Shown here: positions 9,684 through 18,504 of the stretch, piece after piece
Layout of the letters: every line of letters starts with the position of its first letter
Position numbering within the stretch: the stretch's first letter is position 1
Virus record (IMG/VR): IMGVR_UViG_3300017917_001996
Coordinates: 186,001-250,000 of that record
Strand: one strand, 5' to 3'
Length of the DNA: 64,000 nucleotides
Translations under genes and position numbers: made by a program
Notes under the pieces: model-generated
The model's input: the letters and a program-made list of their open reading frames with translations, nothing else
Told to the model about the DNA's origin: nothing
Databases searched by the model: none

Positions 9684-10613
9684 ATGACATTTGACCTAGG
9701 CGTTATACAAAGACAACAAAAACGTATTCCCTACGGTGAAGCGGTGTTTACAACTCCAGGTACATTTACCTGGACTGCACCCTTTTATGTTGATAGAGTT
9801 TGTGTAGTCTGCATTGGCGGCGGCGGTGGGGGCCAAGCTAGAAAAGATTCAACTCCAAATCATCTTCGTGGTGGTGCAGGCGGCGGTCTCGGCTGGCGCA
9901 ATCAAATTCCGGTAGTACCAGGACAAACCTATACTGTAGTAGTTGGTGGCGGTGCACCGGGCGGCGCAACTTCCGCTGCTATGACAGATAATGTTTACCC
10001 AACTAGCAATGGTGGAGATAGTTATTTTATTGATACTAACACTGTAAAAGGTGGCGGTGGCGCCAGTGCATCACCAGACGTATTTTATGCTCCAGGCGGC
10101 GACTACATTGGTGACGGCGGTGGCCTTGGTGGCGCAGGCGCCGGAGGTTTTGGGTTTTCTGGTTTAGGAAGCACAGGTGGCGGTGGCGGCGCTGGTGGCT
10201 ATCTCGGTGCAGGCGGAAATGCCGGAGGCTCTTTACAAGGGATGGATCCACAGCCAGGTCAAGGAGGTGCAGGAGGCGGCGGCGGTTCTCTCGATGATGG
10301 AGTAAATCCTAATCACGGCACAGGCGCCGGCGGCGGCGGTACTGGTATATATGGCATAGGTGAAAGCGGTATAGCAGGCACAAATTCGGCTACTACGCCT
10401 ACCGGTGGTTTAGGTGGTAGCAACGGCACCAATGGTATACGGCATAGCACTGTGTTTGTCGGCGGACGTGGAGGCGGACAGTACGGCGGCGGCGGTGCAG
10501 CCACTGGTTTTGATCCTATACCAATGGTAATTAAAGGTGCCGATGGCGGTTCGGGTGCAGTTAGAATAATATGGGGAACCAGCCGAAACTTCCCTGATGC
10601 CAATGTTGGTTAA
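9684..10613 (+). CDS. Glycine-rich virion/fibre-associated protein
   Basis: FTTPGTFTWTAP...VVCIGGGGGG...GAGGGLGW...VVPGQTYTVVVG...GSGAVRIIWG, a typical phage Gly-rich domain. Confidence 0.65.
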   Translation: MTFDLGVIQRQQKRIPYGEAVFTTPGTFTWTAPFYVDRVCVVCIGGGGGGQARKDSTPNHLRGGAGGGLGWRNQIPVVPGQTYTVVVGGGAPGGATSAAMTDNVYPTSNGGDSYFIDTNTVKGGGGASASPDVFYAPGGDYIGDGGGLGGAGAGGFGFSGLGSTGGGGGAGGYLGAGGNAGGSLQGMDPQPGQGGAGGGGGSLDDGVNPNHGTGAGGGGTGIYGIGESGIAGTNSATTPTGGLGGSNGTNGIRHSTVFVGGRGGGQYGGGGAATGFDPIPMVIKGADGGSGAVRIIWGTSRNFPDANVG

Positions 10614-10620
10614 TTGAGAC

Positions 10621-10656
10621 TTGATCTTTTGATTGGCATTTGCTATAGTAGCAAAT
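10621..10656 (+). promoter_or_regulatory. sigma70-type promoter with extended -10, overlapped by an 8-bp palindrome
   Basis: TTGATC-N17-TATAGT with TG at 10641; ATTTGCTA-TAG-TAGCAAAT at 10638-10656; ATG 10657. Confidence 0.65.
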
Positions 10657-11058
10657 ATGAAAAAAGTGTTTGTTAACGGCTCCTTTGATTTATTACATCC
10701 TGGGCACATTAAGTTATTAAATACTGCTCGTAGTCTAGGTGACTATCTAATGGTAGCCATAGACTCTGATCGACGAATAGCCGAAAAGAAAGGTCCAGAC
10801 CGTCCTGTTAACAATCAATTTACTAGATACGTTTTGATGAGCAACATCAAAGCAGTTGATCAAGTTGTTGTTTTTGACAGCGACAGTGAATTAGAAGATA
10901 TTATTAAAAATTTTCAACCAGACATTATGATGGTAGGCAGCGACTGGCGAGGACGTACAGTAATTGGATCGCAGTATGCAGGCCATTTAGAGTTTTTCGA
11001 AAGACAAGATGATTATTCAACTACCAGTATACTCCAAAATTATATTAATCGGAGATAA
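10657..11058 (+). CDS. Sugar-phosphate nucleotidyltransferase (RfaE/HldE domain II or TagD-like cytidylyltransferase family)
   Basis: GSFDLLHPGH (HxGH), IDSDRRI, KGPDRP, VGSDW, YSTTSI. Start placed at ATG 10657 after the promoter. Confidence 0.85.
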   Translation: MKKVFVNGSFDLLHPGHIKLLNTARSLGDYLMVAIDSDRRIAEKKGPDRPVNNQFTRYVLMSNIKAVDQVVVFDSDSELEDIIKNFQPDIMMVGSDWRGRTVIGSQYAGHLEFFERQDDYSTTSILQNYINRR

Positions 11059-11767
11059 CTGCATCGATCAATACCAATACGGCACTGTAGATCGTATTAG
11101 CCCTGAAGCTCCTGTTCCGGTGTTTAAGCCTGAATCAGAAGAATCTCGCCCTGGTATGGCTGCAAATGTTCAAAAAAACCTTGAAGCACTAGGACTAACA
11201 GTGGATGCATATTTAGGTCCGGCAAGCACTAAAACAAGATTGATAGATACCAGGAGTCAACAGCATATTGTTAGAATTGATAACGATGTACTGGCAGACC
11301 CAATTGATATATCAGGAATTGATTTCAAACACGCTCAGGCTGTGGTAATATCTGATTACAACAAAGGTTCAGTTACATACGACATGGTTGAACAAATTGT
11401 AGACCAATTTAAAGGACCTATTTTTGTTGATTCTAAAAAACACGAATTGGCAAGATTCGATGGATGCATTGTTAAGATAAATGAAAATGAATACCGTTCT
11501 AGAAATAGTATCAATGACAACTTAATTGTTACATTAGGTGCATATGGTGCTATGTGGAAACAGTACAACAATGAAGAATTCTTTGATGCAGAAAATGTAG
11601 AGATAGCTGATGTATGTGGAGCAGGTGACACCTTCCTTGCAGCTCTAGTTTATCAATATCTGAAATCAAAAAATATACCTGATGCGATTCGATTTGCTAT
11701 CCGTGCCAGCGCAGTTACAGTACAACATATAGGAGTATATGCTCCTAGACTAGAGGAAATTAAATGA
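11009..11767 (+). CDS. PfkB-family sugar kinase, RfaE/HldE domain I (heptose-7-phosphate kinase)-like
   Basis: RISPEAPVPV, ISDYNKG and DVCGAGDTF signatures. Confidence 0.85.
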   Translation: MIIQLPVYSKIILIGDNCIDQYQYGTVDRISPEAPVPVFKPESEESRPGMAANVQKNLEALGLTVDAYLGPASTKTRLIDTRSQQHIVRIDNDVLADPIDISGIDFKHAQAVVISDYNKGSVTYDMVEQIVDQFKGPIFVDSKKHELARFDGCIVKINENEYRSRNSINDNLIVTLGAYGAMWKQYNNEEFFDAENVEIADVCGAGDTFLAALVYQYLKSKNIPDAIRFAIRASAVTVQHIGVYAPRLEEIK

Positions 11768-12123
11768 CAAGACTAATGGGTCGAGTAGAAAAAGGTTGGG
11801 GTTCTGAAGAAATTTGGGCCACTAACGACAAGTATTGTGGCAAGCTAATGCACTTCAACACAGGTGCAAAATTCAGTATGCACTTCCATGCTACAAAGGA
11901 TGAAACTTGGTATGTTCTCAGTGGGCAGTTTAGTGTATTCTATATTGATACTAAAGATGCTACTTTACACGAAGCACAATTAAGTACTGGTGACACTTGG
12001 CACAATGCTCCGTTATTACCTCACCAGTTAGTATGCGTAGAAGCAGGTACAATTATTGAAGTCAGTACTCCGGACTCAGTTGAGGATAATTATAGAGTAG
12101 CAAAAGGTGATAGTCAAAAATGA
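11764..12123 (+). CDS. Cupin-fold protein (sugar isomerase/epimerase-like)
   Basis: KGWGSE...SMHFHATKDETWYVLSG...PHQL...IEVST cupin motifs. Confidence 0.75.
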   Translation: MTRLMGRVEKGWGSEEIWATNDKYCGKLMHFNTGAKFSMHFHATKDETWYVLSGQFSVFYIDTKDATLHEAQLSTGDTWHNAPLLPHQLVCVEAGTIIEVSTPDSVEDNYRVAKGDSQK

Positions 12124-12431
12124 AATATATTGTAGACATTGATGGTACTATCTGTACCAACACTAAAGGTGATTATCAAAGTGCAGAACCTTTTATGGAC
12201 AGGATTTCATACTTCAATAATCTGTTTGACCAAGGGCACGAAATACATTATTGGACTGCTCGTGGGGGCAATTCGGGTATCGATTGGACCACACTAACAC
12301 AACAGCAATTTGCCAATTGGCAGGTGAAATACACTACATTGAAGTTGGGTAAGCCTGTTTATGATGTATGGATTGATGACAAGGCTTTTAACGGTGACAC
12401 CTACTTTGAGGATGTTAAGCGTTACAGTTAA
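12120..12431 (+). CDS. Small HAD-superfamily phosphatase (capsule-biosynthesis-type)
   Basis: YIVDIDGTIC (DxDGT), YWTARG, GKP, WIDDKA. Confidence 0.75.
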   Translation: MKYIVDIDGTICTNTKGDYQSAEPFMDRISYFNNLFDQGHEIHYWTARGGNSGIDWTTLTQQQFANWQVKYTTLKLGKPVYDVWIDDKAFNGDTYFEDVKRYS

Positions 12432-12837
12432 CTTCGGCTACTTTAATTTTAGCCATAATAGTTTCTGAGTTAAAAGTTCTATTAACGCCAGGGTGTGTAG
12501 GTTTCGGAATAGAGGTCAATGGCACCCAAGCATAACCTACGTGTTCATTGTTTAACACAGGAACAAACTCGTACTCAACAGCAATAAAAAACGTATGGTA
12601 AACAAACTGTTCGTTGTTGCTGGTAAACATCTCAATGGGTACCATTTTAGGTGCAATGATAGTACCACCTAGTTCTTCTAGGATTTCTCTTTCTAGTCCC
12701 TGTGAAACAGTTTCGCCAGGGTTTATCTTTCCGCCTGGTAAACCCCATGTTGCTGACCAACTTCCTGACCCTCGTAACAAGAAAAGATAACGCTGAGTAT
12801 CTTTAGCATAAATCAGTGCGCCAACACCTTCGGTCAA
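12415..12837 (-). CDS. NUDIX hydrolase
   Basis: GGKINPGETVSQGLEREILEELG Nudix box. Start placed at the TTG overlapping the upstream TGA; the ORF track extends it to 12906. Confidence 0.85.
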   Translation of the reverse strand: MTEGVGALIYAKDTQRYLFLLRGSGSWSATWGLPGGKINPGETVSQGLEREILEELGGTIIAPKMVPIEMFTSNNEQFVYHTFFIAVEYEFVPVLNNEHVGYAWVPLTSIPKPTHPGVNRTFNSETIMAKIKVAEVNCNA

Positions 12838-14216
12838 GGCACGAAACTCCACGCCCCTGCGCCGTAACGTCCTTCCACTGATTTGGTCCATTGATTGTCT
12901 TTCCATTTGTATTGAGTATTAGTTCTAAGGTTGGTTACGTATTTTACATTAGTTGAGGCATTACTGTCAAAGGAAACAGTCCACTTAGCACCATCAAATT
13001 CAATAATATCATTGGTTTGAGCAATTAACTCAGGTTGACCTGGCTTGTGCCAAACGGCTGCGCCTTCGTCGTTGGCTGCATTGCCAATGTCATTGAGTAT
13101 CAAATACCTTGTTCCAGCAGCTGGTGTAAGTAAATCAGAATCTACTTTAACGTTTAAAGGATCAATGATTGCAGTGACAGGAGCAAGGTTATTAGCCGGA
13201 AGAGTGTCAATGATAGGTGTAAACAATAATAATGTAGCATCGCTTGGATGATATGCTACAGTACCGACTACAGTGGTTCCTGCTTGACTTAGTCTGATTT
13301 GACTGATGCCGTTGGTTAATGTTCCGTAATCTCTAATAATATCGACCCATTTTATATCATTAGTAGTAAATGAAGTAGCACCTGGTATAAAATCACTGGT
13401 GTAATCTGATGTAGAAATTTTCAATGTGTTGCCTATATACAGAACACCATAATTCGAAGGTGTGTAGATTCGTCTAGACAGTAACGTTGATTGACTTAGA
13501 TCAAATGTACCAGCAGCATGGTCGATGGTATTATTTGAATCCCATATGCTTTCAATGATACGCTGTATGACGCCCATCTTTTTAACTTTAGCAGGTGCAC
13601 TAAACCAAATTGGAATATCAAATGTTAATGTGGCTATGTCAATGGCGTCTTCGGCACCCATTGGAATTGTGCGGCTAGTAAAGTTAGTATCGGTTAATGT
13701 AACGTAGGTTAAGCTGGTCCAGTCTACATAGTTGTCTGTGCTTTGTATTTCTAAACTTGGATTGAACAAAACTGAAATTTGTTCTAGTAACTGTAACTTT
13801 TGCTCAGTATTACTGGTCCAGATATCGCATTTTAACGTCAGCATATATGGAACAGGCATTAATCTTTCAACTGTAATTAAGTCTCCCTGTTCGCTTGTAA
13901 ACTCGCCTGCTTCATTAATAGCACGTTCACGAAGATGTACCTTGCTGACATGGAATGGTTCTTGCATTCTTTTTTGGTCATAGCGTAATGCACTAATGTA
14001 CACACTCATAGCAGGCACAGTTGGTGTACTGTTTTCGCTATTGTTGCGTAGAATCATAGCTACCTGGCGGCTGCCGTCACCGTAATATATAGGTACCTGA
14101 AGTAGTGTAGGATTTCCTTGGTCATTGTATCCAATGGCCACTTGGAAATTACTCATCATCCTTATAAACTGCTGTAAGAATCTTCTTATCTGCCCTGAGT
14201 AAAAATATGAATTCAT
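12834..14216 (-). CDS. gp15: Tail sheath stabiliser / tail completion protein, T4 gp15-like, with C-terminal extension
   Basis: YFYSGQIRRF...QVPIYYG...PAMSVYISALRYD...PVPY pattern; adjacent to the neck gene. Confidence 0.65.
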   Translation of the reverse strand: MNSYFYSGQIRRFLQQFIRMMSNFQVAIGYNDQGNPTLLQVPIYYGDGSRQVAMILRNNSENSTPTVPAMSVYISALRYDQKRMQEPFHVSKVHLRERAINEAGEFTSEQGDLITVERLMPVPYMLTLKCDIWTSNTEQKLQLLEQISVLFNPSLEIQSTDNYVDWTSLTYVTLTDTNFTSRTIPMGAEDAIDIATLTFDIPIWFSAPAKVKKMGVIQRIIESIWDSNNTIDHAAGTFDLSQSTLLSRRIYTPSNYGVLYIGNTLKISTSDYTSDFIPGATSFTTNDIKWVDIIRDYGTLTNGISQIRLSQAGTTVVGTVAYHPSDATLLLFTPIIDTLPANNLAPVTAIIDPLNVKVDSDLLTPAAGTRYLILNDIGNAANDEGAAVWHKPGQPELIAQTNDIIEFDGAKWTVSFDSNASTNVKYVTNLRTNTQYKWKDNQWTKSVEGRYGAGAWSFVP

Positions 14217-14221
14217 TTTAA

Positions 14222-15331
14222 TTATTTGTAATCAGCACGAGGTTTCAATACTTCGTGTAAGTTTTGTTTTTCGTTGTGCGTATTACCATTCTTATCAACA
14301 AAGGTATTGCTATTGTTGATAAAGGTGTTACGTAGTGTATCATTACCATCGACACCATTGGTCAAATTGGTTCTTACAGAATCTTCGATCTTAATCCAAC
14401 GACGGCCGTCATATCTAAATAACCTATTTGGCATGTAATCAACACGCAGGCAGTAATCTCCTGTTGCAGGATTAGCTGGAAAACTAATACCAGAGGTCAT
14501 TGGTAAACCGTTTGGTGTTGAACCATCGCCAGTTAGATAACCTTTAACTGAAAAGTCCGGTGTTTCTGCGTTTTTAGATTTATGATAGATAGGAATAGTG
14601 TCGTATCCACTGCGTGGAACTTCAGTTTCTGCTTGTTCAACAATAGCGTCATTGATAAATTTATAGTTGTTGTAGGTACTAATCAAATCACCTAATGGTG
14701 TAGAATCAGGTTCGCCATCACCATCTGTGTCCACTGTCTTAATATTCTTAAGTATGTCTTTGTATTCTTGGCTATCTACTAGAGGATTTAATTTAACACG
14801 CCAAATGTGTGGCCACCAAGTTGCGCTAAATCCTTCAGAACTTCTAGTACAGTCGCTGACCACAAAGAAACGTTTTAGTGCAGCAGGTAAATCTGGGTTC
14901 AGCGCATCATAATCAGTTAGGTGTACTAACTCAAGTACGTCGCCGTTCATGATCCTACGCCCTAGAGTTTCAACCATGTCATTTAAGTGAAATGACATGA
15001 ATAGAGTACCTGTTTGTAAAAATAAACCAAATTGCGTTAGATCAAAGTCATTGTCGCTAACGGTGTAAATACCTCGTAGGCTGTAAACACTGGTATCGTA
15101 TTTGCGATCTCTGTTTTCCAAAAATAGTAAATCTTGGATGTTGAGTTCGCTTTGTGTAGTGTACGCAGGCCTAGTAGCATCTCCGGGTGGTTGATTGCTA
15201 GCTGCGGCACCTAGATATTTGTGTACTAAGATAGACGTACCGCCGATAAAAAACATCTCTGACATTCTGCGGTCAAAGAATTTGTAATCGTTTGTATGTT
15301 TGCCGTCTTTCCAAAGTGATAAACGTGGCAC
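14222..15331 (-). CDS. gp14: Neck / head-closure protein, T4 gp14-like
   Basis: QDLLFLENRDRKYD...LTQFGLF...MSFHLN...GRRIMNGDVLEL pattern; late promoter upstream. Confidence 0.6.
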   Translation of the reverse strand: MPRLSLWKDGKHTNDYKFFDRRMSEMFFIGGTSILVHKYLGAAASNQPPGDATRPAYTTQSELNIQDLLFLENRDRKYDTSVYSLRGIYTVSDNDFDLTQFGLFLQTGTLFMSFHLNDMVETLGRRIMNGDVLELVHLTDYDALNPDLPAALKRFFVVSDCTRSSEGFSATWWPHIWRVKLNPLVDSQEYKDILKNIKTVDTDGDGEPDSTPLGDLISTYNNYKFINDAIVEQAETEVPRSGYDTIPIYHKSKNAETPDFSVKGYLTGDGSTPNGLPMTSGISFPANPATGDYCLRVDYMPNRLFRYDGRRWIKIEDSVRTNLTNGVDGNDTLRNTFINNSNTFVDKNGNTHNEKQNLHEVLKPRADYK

Positions 15332-15354
15332 AATAATGTCCTTAGAGTATTAAT

Positions 15355-15362
15355 TATTTATG
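15355..15362 (-). promoter_or_regulatory. T4 late-type promoter CATAAATA
   Basis: Plus strand TATTTATG at 15355-15362, upstream of the GTG at 15331 with an SD-like TAAGGA. Confidence 0.65.
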
Positions 15363-15364
15363 GT

Positions 15365-15393
15365 TTGACAGGCTAACCGTTTTAGTGTATAAT
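15365..15393 (+). promoter_or_regulatory. sigma70-type promoter, back-to-back with the late promoter
   Basis: TTGACA-N17-TATAAT; ATG 15401 is 7 nt downstream. Confidence 0.8.
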
Positions 15394-15400
15394 TACAGTT

Positions 15401-15667
15401 ATGGACGACTTAGAAGCTGCAAAACAACGTTATGAAGCAATTTTGCCTGCGGCTACTGCAATTCGCAGTTCCAACGTCTGGATTGACTTACGTAGGATGA
15501 CTCGAAATTGTGTCAAAATCTTGGATGAAATCAGCAAAGAAAGTGTTGTTTGTAGACAACGGCATACGGTCACTGCAAAATATAATACTTTAGTTAAAGA
15601 TTATGTAGAAGCTGTAGATGTACTAGAAAAGTACGTAATGCTGGCACACCTATCTGGAGCCAGTTGA
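15401..15667 (+). CDS. Hypothetical protein (88 aa)
   Basis: ORF directly after a consensus promoter. Confidence 0.65.
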   Translation: MDDLEAAKQRYEAILPAATAIRSSNVWIDLRRMTRNCVKILDEISKESVVCRQRHTVTAKYNTLVKDYVEAVDVLEKYVMLAHLSGAS

Positions 15668-15692
15668 CACCCTGTCCAAAAGGCTATATAAT
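15664..15692 (+). promoter_or_regulatory. sigma70-type promoter
   Basis: TTGACA-N17-TATAAT, then SD AGGAG before ATG 15717. Confidence 0.8.
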
Positions 15693-15716
15693 ACAGTATT
15701 CACAACAGGAGTTCAC

Positions 15717-16874
15717 ATGGCTACAGTTGCCGGCGTTAAAATTAAGACCAAAGTGCCCAAGGCACGCAACCCGATCTTCTTTGACGAAAAGTACACTGGT
15801 GGTGAGCCCACATGGCCTGCTGAAGCCAAAGACTGGCCCGAAGATAAATTTGATAGCCGACTTCGAAAGAGTTTTTATTACTACAATTATTACTACAGTC
15901 AGAAAGACTGCAAGAAGTATGTTGTAGAATGGATGAAGTCTACTACAGAGTTTGACCGTGACGAAGTTCGTGCTTTTGAGCGAGCTAACGACAAATGGTT
16001 ACCTATGACAGCCTGTAGCCTAATTATGGCACATCGCCAAGGTATGCCTTTGCGTCCACGCCACATCGAGTTTTTGGACAAGTGTATTCTGGAAGTCATT
16101 GAGCGTAGCAAGGGCGAACCACAGGAAGAAGATGCAGTAGCAACACCTGCCCAGGTTGCAGCCAAACCTACTATCCAAGATCGTCTTAATGAAAAAACCA
16201 GTGAGCTAATTGGTGAGCTTGAAGGCAAATACGACGAGCTCGAAGGCACAAAATTCTATGATTGGTTTGTAGCCAATAACGTTGTGCAAAGCCAACTTGG
16301 CAAGTATGAAGCGGTCTACACCAAGCGTAAAGCTGAACTCGAAGAAGCACAAAGCAAAAAGGATGCACAGCTCAAAGAAGCCTATGCACATTACAAAGCC
16401 TCAGACTTTAAAAAGCACATTTCCTGGATCGATGATCTGCTAACTGCTATCGAGCAATACCGCGGTGTCAAGAAAGCGGCCAAGAAGGCACGAGTTAAAA
16501 AGGCACCTAGCAAAGAGAAAATGGTTGCCAAGCTCAAGTACGCCAAAGAGAACAAAACTCTTAAGGTTGTTAGCATTAATCCCGCTGATATTGTTGGCAG
16601 TGGCGAACTTTGGGTGTATAACCTTAAAACACGCAAGTTGGGCAAGTATGTAGCCGCAAGCTACCAGACTCTGGGCATTAAAGGTACAAGTATCACAGGG
16701 TACGATGTAGATAAGAGTGTGGCCAAGACCCTACGCAAGCCCGAGGAACAGCTCAAAGAGTTTGCCAAAGCGGGTAAAGTAGCTCTTCGTACATATCTAA
16801 AAGATATTAAGGCTGTTGAAGTTAAGCTAAACGGACGTATCAGCGAAGATGTTCTACTGCTAAAAGTGGCCTAA
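15717..16874 (+). CDS. Hypothetical Lys-rich early protein (385 aa)
   Basis: Long ORF with strong promoter and SD; no recognisable motif. Confidence 0.75.
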   Translation: MATVAGVKIKTKVPKARNPIFFDEKYTGGEPTWPAEAKDWPEDKFDSRLRKSFYYYNYYYSQKDCKKYVVEWMKSTTEFDRDEVRAFERANDKWLPMTACSLIMAHRQGMPLRPRHIEFLDKCILEVIERSKGEPQEEDAVATPAQVAAKPTIQDRLNEKTSELIGELEGKYDELEGTKFYDWFVANNVVQSQLGKYEAVYTKRKAELEEAQSKKDAQLKEAYAHYKASDFKKHISWIDDLLTAIEQYRGVKKAAKKARVKKAPSKEKMVAKLKYAKENKTLKVVSINPADIVGSGELWVYNLKTRKLGKYVAASYQTLGIKGTSITGYDVDKSVAKTLRKPEEQLKEFAKAGKVALRTYLKDIKAVEVKLNGRISEDVLLLKVA

Positions 16875-16884
16875 GAGTACCCTG

Positions 16885-16937
16885 TACAGTCCTGTTACAA
16901 GTATAAGTTTTTGACTAAATACTTGAACAGGATTGTA
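16885..16937 (+). promoter_or_regulatory. Late promoter CTAAATA (16915-16921) within a long hairpin that covers the SD of the gp13-like gene
   Basis: TACAGTCCTGTT-A-CAAGTAT (16885-16904) pairs with ATACTTGAACAGGATTGTA (16919-16937). Confidence 0.6.
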
Positions 16938-16942
16938 TTTTT

Positions 16943-18076
16943 ATGGCTACAATTAAACCCGGTTTAGACCCAATCACCAAAACACTTACAGCAGACAGCC
17001 TTGGTGGCCCAGGGCCTATTGCCTTTGACGAAACCACAGTTACTGCACTTGACACTAAGCGTAACGAAATAATTGATTACATCAGGTTGCGTCTCGGCGA
17101 CGGAATGGTCGATGTTGAATTAGATTCCGATCATTACTATTTGGCAATTAAAAATGCCTTGATTAAGTATCGTCAAAAAGCGCAAAATGCATACGAAGAA
17201 AGCTATGCATTTTTAAACTTGTTGCCCGAAACACAAGAATACATTCTACCACAAGAAATAATTACAGTCAGACAAGTATTTCGTAGAGGCATTGGTAGTA
17301 TCACTGGTACCACTGCAAGTCAGTTTGAACCTTTTGCATCGGGTTACTTGAACACTTACATGTTGGTAGCAGGCCGCGTCGGTGGCTTGTTAAACTATGA
17401 TCTGTTTGTGCAGTATCAAGAGCAAGCTATGAAGATGTTTGGTGGTTTTATGAATTTCCAATGGAATTCAGTTAGCAAGAAATTAACCTTGGTACGTAAG
17501 ATTCCAGACACTGGGCACACTTACGTAAGATTAAACTCTTTGACTGCTAGCGGAACAGCAGCCGGTAGCACAATAACTATCGTTACTGAAGATGTTTGGA
17601 ATGTTAGTGTAGGCAATAGTCTAGTAATCACCAATTGCCGAGTCAAAGGTTACAATGGTACCTATCAAATACAAACAGTCGATCTAGTTAATAAGACTGT
17701 CACTATTACTGCTAACGGCGAATTACAGGATACTTCGGTAGTTACATTTGATCTAAGAAGCACACAAGTTTGGAGCCCGACCACCGACGTTCCAACTGAA
17801 ACAGTTCTATTGCATACCTACAATTACAAACCTGATGTAATGTTGCTTAACGATCATTTAGTTTATCCTTGGTTACAGGAATATGCCTATAGCTTTGCTA
17901 AAATGATGCTAGGCGAAGCACGTAGCAAGTTTGCACAAATTGCTGGCCCACAGGGTGGCACCACACTTAATGGTGATGCATTAAAAACTGAAGCACTAAC
18001 TGAAATGCAAAAGCTCGAAGAAGAATTAAAGAACTATTCCGACGGTTCTATGCCACTAACTTGGGTAATTGGATAA
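16943..18076 (+). CDS. gp13: Neck protein / head-tail adaptor, T4 gp13-like, with an internal beta-rich insertion
   Basis: IIDYIRLRLG...VDVELD...H; C-terminal AKMMLGEARSKF...GPQGGTTLNGDALK..A...E. Confidence 0.75.
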   Translation: MATIKPGLDPITKTLTADSLGGPGPIAFDETTVTALDTKRNEIIDYIRLRLGDGMVDVELDSDHYYLAIKNALIKYRQKAQNAYEESYAFLNLLPETQEYILPQEIITVRQVFRRGIGSITGTTASQFEPFASGYLNTYMLVAGRVGGLLNYDLFVQYQEQAMKMFGGFMNFQWNSVSKKLTLVRKIPDTGHTYVRLNSLTASGTAAGSTITIVTEDVWNVSVGNSLVITNCRVKGYNGTYQIQTVDLVNKTVTITANGELQDTSVVTFDLRSTQVWSPTTDVPTETVLLHTYNYKPDVMLLNDHLVYPWLQEYAYSFAKMMLGEARSKFAQIAGPQGGTTLNGDALKTEALTEMQKLEEELKNYSDGSMPLTWVIG

Positions 18077-18441
18077 TGAAAATAAATGAAATAATCACCG
18101 AAGGCAAGCATAGAGAACCCTTGCGTCCAATGCATCGTTTAGCTTTGGACAATCTTACACAGTACGACCAATTAGACAACAATGCTAACCCTTATCTAGC
18201 ATATCGATTTGGTGTAGCATTAGCTGGTAGCCCTTCTCAAGATATCGATCAACGTGGACCAATTGGTAGTAATTTCAACATGGTTGATTACACCGATGCC
18301 GATGAAGAAATTCGAAAAGGTGCAGAAAAAGTTATGGGAATCAAGGCAAGTCGCAGCACAGGTCGAGGCTCCGAAGAGTTGCCATCTGTAAATACAACCA
18401 GTCCGGTGGCAAAACCTAAGAAAAACAAGTACGGCGTATAA
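18076..18441 (+). CDS. Probable internal head protein (N-terminal MKINEIITE leader)
   Basis: ATG overlaps the upstream TAA; leader resembles T4 capsid-targeting / I-x-E cleavage sequences. Confidence 0.6.
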   Translation: MKINEIITEGKHREPLRPMHRLALDNLTQYDQLDNNANPYLAYRFGVALAGSPSQDIDQRGPIGSNFNMVDYTDADEEIRKGAEKVMGIKASRSTGRGSEELPSVNTTSPVAKPKKNKYGV

Positions 18442-18487
18442 CTTGACACTGCTCTTTATGTAAATGTTTAGTATCTTATCCACTTCG

Positions 18488-18495
18488 TATAAATA
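18488..18495 (+). promoter_or_regulatory. T4 late promoter TATAAATA
   Basis: Exact consensus; ATG at 18501. Confidence 0.7.
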
Positions 18496-18504
18496 ATTAT
18501 ATGA

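Noticed and set aside
18220-18483. Minus-strand 87-aa ORF
   Set aside because: Overlaps the 18076 gene antisense; no recognisable features.
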